Assembly (NCBI RefSeq): GCF_006345805.1
Contig: NC_043004.1
Span: 72,788,001-72,852,000, forward strand
DNA length: 64,000 nucleotides
Direction: 5' to 3'
Source: Octopus sinensis
Lineage: Eukaryota
The stretch's first letter is position 1. Every line of letters starts with the position of its first letter. Made by a program: the position numbers and the translations under genes. A model generated the notes under the pieces. The model searched no databases, had not been told where the DNA came from, and saw only the letters and a program-made list of their open reading frames with translations. Below, in pieces: positions 61,511 through 64,000 of the stretch.

Positions 61511-64000
61511 ATCATCATCATCATCATCATTTAGCGTCCGTTCTCCATGCTAGCATGGGTTGGACGGTTCAACTGGGGTCTGTGAAGCTGGAAGGCTTCA
61601 TCAGGCCCAGTCAGATCTGGCAGTGTTTCTACGGCTGGATGCCCTTCCTAACGCCAACCACTCCGTGAGTGTAGTGGGTGCTTTTTACGTGCCACCTGCA
61701 CAGGTGCCAGACAGAGCTGGCAAACGGCCATGAACGGATGGTGCTTTTACGTGTCACCGGCACGGGGGCCAGACAGAGCTGGCAAACGGCCACGAACGGA
61801 TGGTGCTTTTACGTGTCACCGGCACGGGGGCCAGGCGAGGCTGGCAACGGACACGAACGGATGGTGCTTTTACGTGCCACCAACACGGGGGCCAGACAGA
61901 GCTGGCAAACGGCCACGAACGGATGGTGCTTTTACGTGTCACCGGCACGGGGGCCAGGCGAGGCTGGCAACGGACACGAACGGATGGTGCTTTTACATGT
62001 CACCGACATGGGGGCCAGACAGGGCTGGCAACGGACACGAACGGATGGTGCTTTTACATGTCACCGACATGGGGGCCAGACAGGCTGGCAAACGGCCACG
62101 AACGGATGGTGCTTTTACGTGTCACCGCACGGGGGCCAGGCGAGGCTGGCAACGGACACGAACGGATGGTGCTTTTACATGTCACCGACATGGGGGCCAG
62201 ACAGGGCTGGCAACGGACACGAACGGATGGTGCTTTTACATGTCACCGACATGGGGGCCAGACAGGGCTGGCAAACGGCCACGAACGGATGGTGCTTTTA
62301 CGTGTCACCGGCACGGGGGCCAGACAGAGCTGGCAAACGGCCACGAACGGATGGTGCTTTTACGTGTCACCGGCACGGGGGCCAGACAGAGCTGGCAAAC
62401 GGCCACAAACGGATGGTGCTTTTACGTGTCACCGGCACGGGGGCCAGGCCAGGCTGGCAACGAACACGAACGGATGGTGCTTTTACGTGCCACCGACACG
62501 GGGGCCAGACAGGGCTGGCAAACGGCTACGAACGGATGGTACTTTTACGTGTCACCTGCACGGGGGCCCTGATGTTGATCGACCTCAATTTGGTTTGATC
62601 TTGATTTTGACTGTTCTCACTGGTCTTGCCGGGTTTTCTCACGCACAGCATACCTCCAAAGGTCTCGGTCACTGGTCATTTCCTTGGTGAGACCTAAAGT
62701 TCGAAGGTCGTGCTTCACCACCTCGACCCAGGTTTTCCTGGGTCTACCTCTTCCACAGGTCCCCTCAACTGCCAGGGTGTGGCACTTTCGCACACAACTA
62801 TCTTCAGCCATTCTCATCACATGATCATACCAGCGCATACGTCTCTCTTGCACACAACAACTGATGCTTCTTAGGTTCAACTTTTCTCTCAAGGTACTTA
62901 CACTCTATCGATTATGAACACTGACGTTACACATCCATCGGAGCATACTAGCTTCATTTCTTGCGAGCTTACGCAAATCCTCAGCAGTCACAGCCCAAGT
63001 TTCACTACCATGTAGCATGGCTGTACGTACACATGCATCATACAGTCTGCCTTTTACTTTGAGCGAGAGGCCTTTTGTCACCAGCAGGGGTAAGAGCTCT
63101 CTAAACTTTGCCCAGGCTATTCTTACTCTAGCAGTTATACTTTCAGCGCACCCGCCCCCGCTACTGACTTGGTCACCTAGGTAACGGAAACTATCAACTA
63201 CTTCTAGCTTTTCTCCCTGGAAAGTGACGGAAGTTGGTCTCAGAGCATTTTCAGTGTTAATTGTTCCTGAGCATCTGCCACATACAAAAACCATCTTCCT
63301 AGTTAGCCTTCCTTTGACATTGCTGCACCTCTTATGTGTCCATAGCTTACACTTGGTGCATCTTATAGAGTTTCTACCTACACCTTTTCTACAGATCGAG
63401 CAGGGCCATCTACCTGAAGGCGTTTGTGATTGGTCTACCTTCCTACTTATTAGGACTTTGGTTTTGGCTAGGTTGATTCTAAGGCCCTTCGATTCTAAAC
63501 CTTGTTTCCATACCTGAAACTTCTCCTCTAGTTCTGATAGAGACTCAGCAATTAGAGCAAGGTCATCAGCATAGAGGAGCTCCCAGGGGCATCCTGTCTT
63601 GAATTCCTCCGTTATTGCCTGGAGGACTATGATAAATAGGAGGGGACTGAGGACTGAACCTTGGTGGACCCCAACCTCTACCCTGAATTCTTCACTGTAC
63701 TCGGTGCCAACCCTCACCTTACTAGCAGCGTCTCTGTACATGGCTTGTACAGCTTTCACTAACCATTCATCTATCCCTAGTTTCCTCATTGACCACCAGA
63801 TGAGGGATCGGGGGACCCTGTTGAAGGCTTTCTCCATATCAACAAAAGCCAGGTATAGGGGCTTATCTTTGGCTAGGTATTTCTCTTGCAGCTGTCTTAC
63901 CATGAAAATAGCATCAGTAGTACTTTTCCCTGGCACGAACCCAAACTGCATCTGATCTAGGCTAACGCTCTCTCTAATTAGTTGGGCTATAACCCTCTCC
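61508..64000 (-). mobile_element. RTE LINE (RT + PHD, one TAG at 62905-62907) with expanded 3' UTR; continues past the window end
   Basis: ORF 62905-63951 continues in frame to 62617; (ATC)n tail at 61508-61530. Confidence 0.92.
61678..62570. repeat. 60-63-bp minisatellite, ~14.5 copies, inside the RTE 3' UTR
   Basis: GTGCTTTTAC anchors at 61678, 61741, 61803, 61864, 61926, 61987, 62048, 62109, 62169, 62230, 62292, 62354, 62416, 62477 and 62539. Confidence 0.95.

Noticed and set aside
61678-62690. Three overlapping ~300-aa plus-strand ORFs
   Set aside because: Products of a stop-free 60-63-bp minisatellite whose unit length does not preserve frame

Overview
AT-rich, repeat-dense eukaryotic genomic DNA. 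It is most likely an octopus/coleoid cephalopod, inferred from the tRNA-derived SINE families, the RTE 3' tails ending in (GAT)n and the (TA)n load; this is not proven. The only host gene I can support is the 5' part of syntaxin-8 (STX8) on the + strand: four short coding exons at 29103-29119, 37218-37317, 41848-41942 and 53147-53248, continuing beyond the window. Its third intron (11.2 kb) has U12-type (minor spliceosome) signals. The rest is mobile DNA: a CR1-group LINE; a Penelope-like element (RT + C-terminal GIY-YIG) with inverted pseudo-LTRs, each carrying an intact type I hammerhead ribozyme with an unusually long stem II; three copies of an RTE LINE with a PHD finger inside the RT region; decayed RTE-BovB-like and Vingi/Ingi-like LINEs; two mariner remnants; MITEs; Helentron-type non-autonomous elements; a candidate solo LTR; and many SINEs. 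Standout oddities: (i) several dispersed hammerhead-like motifs next to (TA)n tracts, including a non-coding 650-bp palindrome with one on each arm; (ii) a ~6.3-kb composite satellite in which 18 copies of a ~52-nt double-hairpin motif punctuate variable-length 9/10-mer purine-rich spacers, bracketed by (AAAAT)n tracts; (iii) a 15-unit minisatellite expansion inside an RTE 3' UTR. All alignments and folds were done by eye; no database search was run.
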